NCBI GenBank assembly: GCA_951406725.2
Contig: OX597835.1
Location: 43,400,001-43,464,000, forward strand
Source: Octopus vulgaris
Lineage: Eukaryota
Direction: 5' to 3'
Length of the DNA stretch: 64,000 nt
Below the pieces are notes generated by a model. It was not told where the DNA came from, searched no databases, and worked only from the letters and a program-made list of their open reading frames with translations. Below, piece after piece: positions 63,209 to 64,000 of this stretch. The translations under genes were made by a program, and so were the position numbers. The number at the start of each line of letters is the position of its first letter. The first letter of the stretch is position 1.

Positions 63209-63437
63209 CAGGGTGGCTCCAAAAGTAGGTTTTACAGGTATTCAACTGTTCCTTTCGCATTTATGTATTAGCAGTTTAGATCTTAATTATAAAAAATATG
63301 AAACCCTTATTCTGTGCTAATTTTGTCAAGCTCCCTTTTCAATTTTTAAGATAGAAATTTAAATGTTATAATCCATGTTTTAAAAGAAATTTAAAGTGCC
63401 TGTGTCATAACAGTAAACCTACTTTTGGGCGACCCTG
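63209..63437. mobile_element. Tc1/mariner MITE
   Basis: TA|CAGGGTGGCTCCAAAAGTAGGTTT ... AAACCTACTTTTGGGCGACCCTG|TA. Confidence 0.85.
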
Positions 63438-63539
63438 TATATAGATACATGGCATATACAGTCCTTTACACTTAAAAACATACATCCATGGGCATACATA
63501 CATACATACATACATACATACATACATACATACACATAC

Positions 63540-63570
<31 letters not shown>

Positions 63571-63784
63571 TACATACATACATACATACATACATACATA
63601 CATACATACATACATGCACTCATACATACATACATACATACATGCATGCATACATACATACACATGCCTAAATATATGTATGTGTGCATATGTGTATATA
63701 TGTATATATGCAGGGATGTATAATCACAAAAATCAATTTCGTATGCAAATATACTTTCACACTGGCACCACAAACCACGCACGA

Positions 63785-63837
<53 letters not shown>

Positions 63838-63878
63838 ACACACACACAATTTATTAATTATTTTCATGTTGCGAGCCC

Positions 63879-64000
63879 CAACTGCTGACCCCAAAATATT
63901 TTGTTTCTGTTTGTCTTGACCTTTCAAACATCACTGCCACCAACGCTGACCCCAAAATATTTTGTTTCTGTTTGTCTTGACCTCTCAAACACCACTGCCG
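63879..64000. repeat. ~61-bp tandem repeat running off the window
   Basis: Two copies of GCTGACCCCAAAATATTTTGTTTCTGTTTGTCTTGACCT.TCAAACA.CACTGCC. Confidence 0.85.

Overview
Eukaryotic, extremely repeat-dense DNA. The SINE families, (TTAGGG)n telomere motif and very abundant (TA)n/(CA)n/(TACA)n/(ATT)n microsatellites fit an octopus/cephalopod genome; this is an inference, no search was run. No intact long gene is present, and nearly all ORF-track entries are microsatellite or repeat artefacts. Retroelements: two abundant tRNA-derived SINE families (here A and B), decayed LINEs (CR1, RTE, R4/Dong), and short Penelope-like elements/foldbacks that sit in (TA)n tracts, several carrying minimal hammerhead-ribozyme motifs. 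DNA transposons: Tc1/mariner remnants (mariner, DD37D/maT), hAT and piggyBac-like MITEs, and GG...CC MITEs with ~8-bp TSDs (Merlin-like), two of which carry internal TTAGGG repeats. A possible minus-strand host gene starts near 13.06 kb (two phase-compatible candidate exons), and CpG decay is visibly stronger to its left. Most notable: a Penelope-like foldback with telomeric repeats joined at the ribozyme cleavage triplet, a hammerhead family with a fixed core substitution, telomere-repeat-carrying MITEs, and a SINE insertion that captured an inverted copy of nearby DNA inside its TSD.
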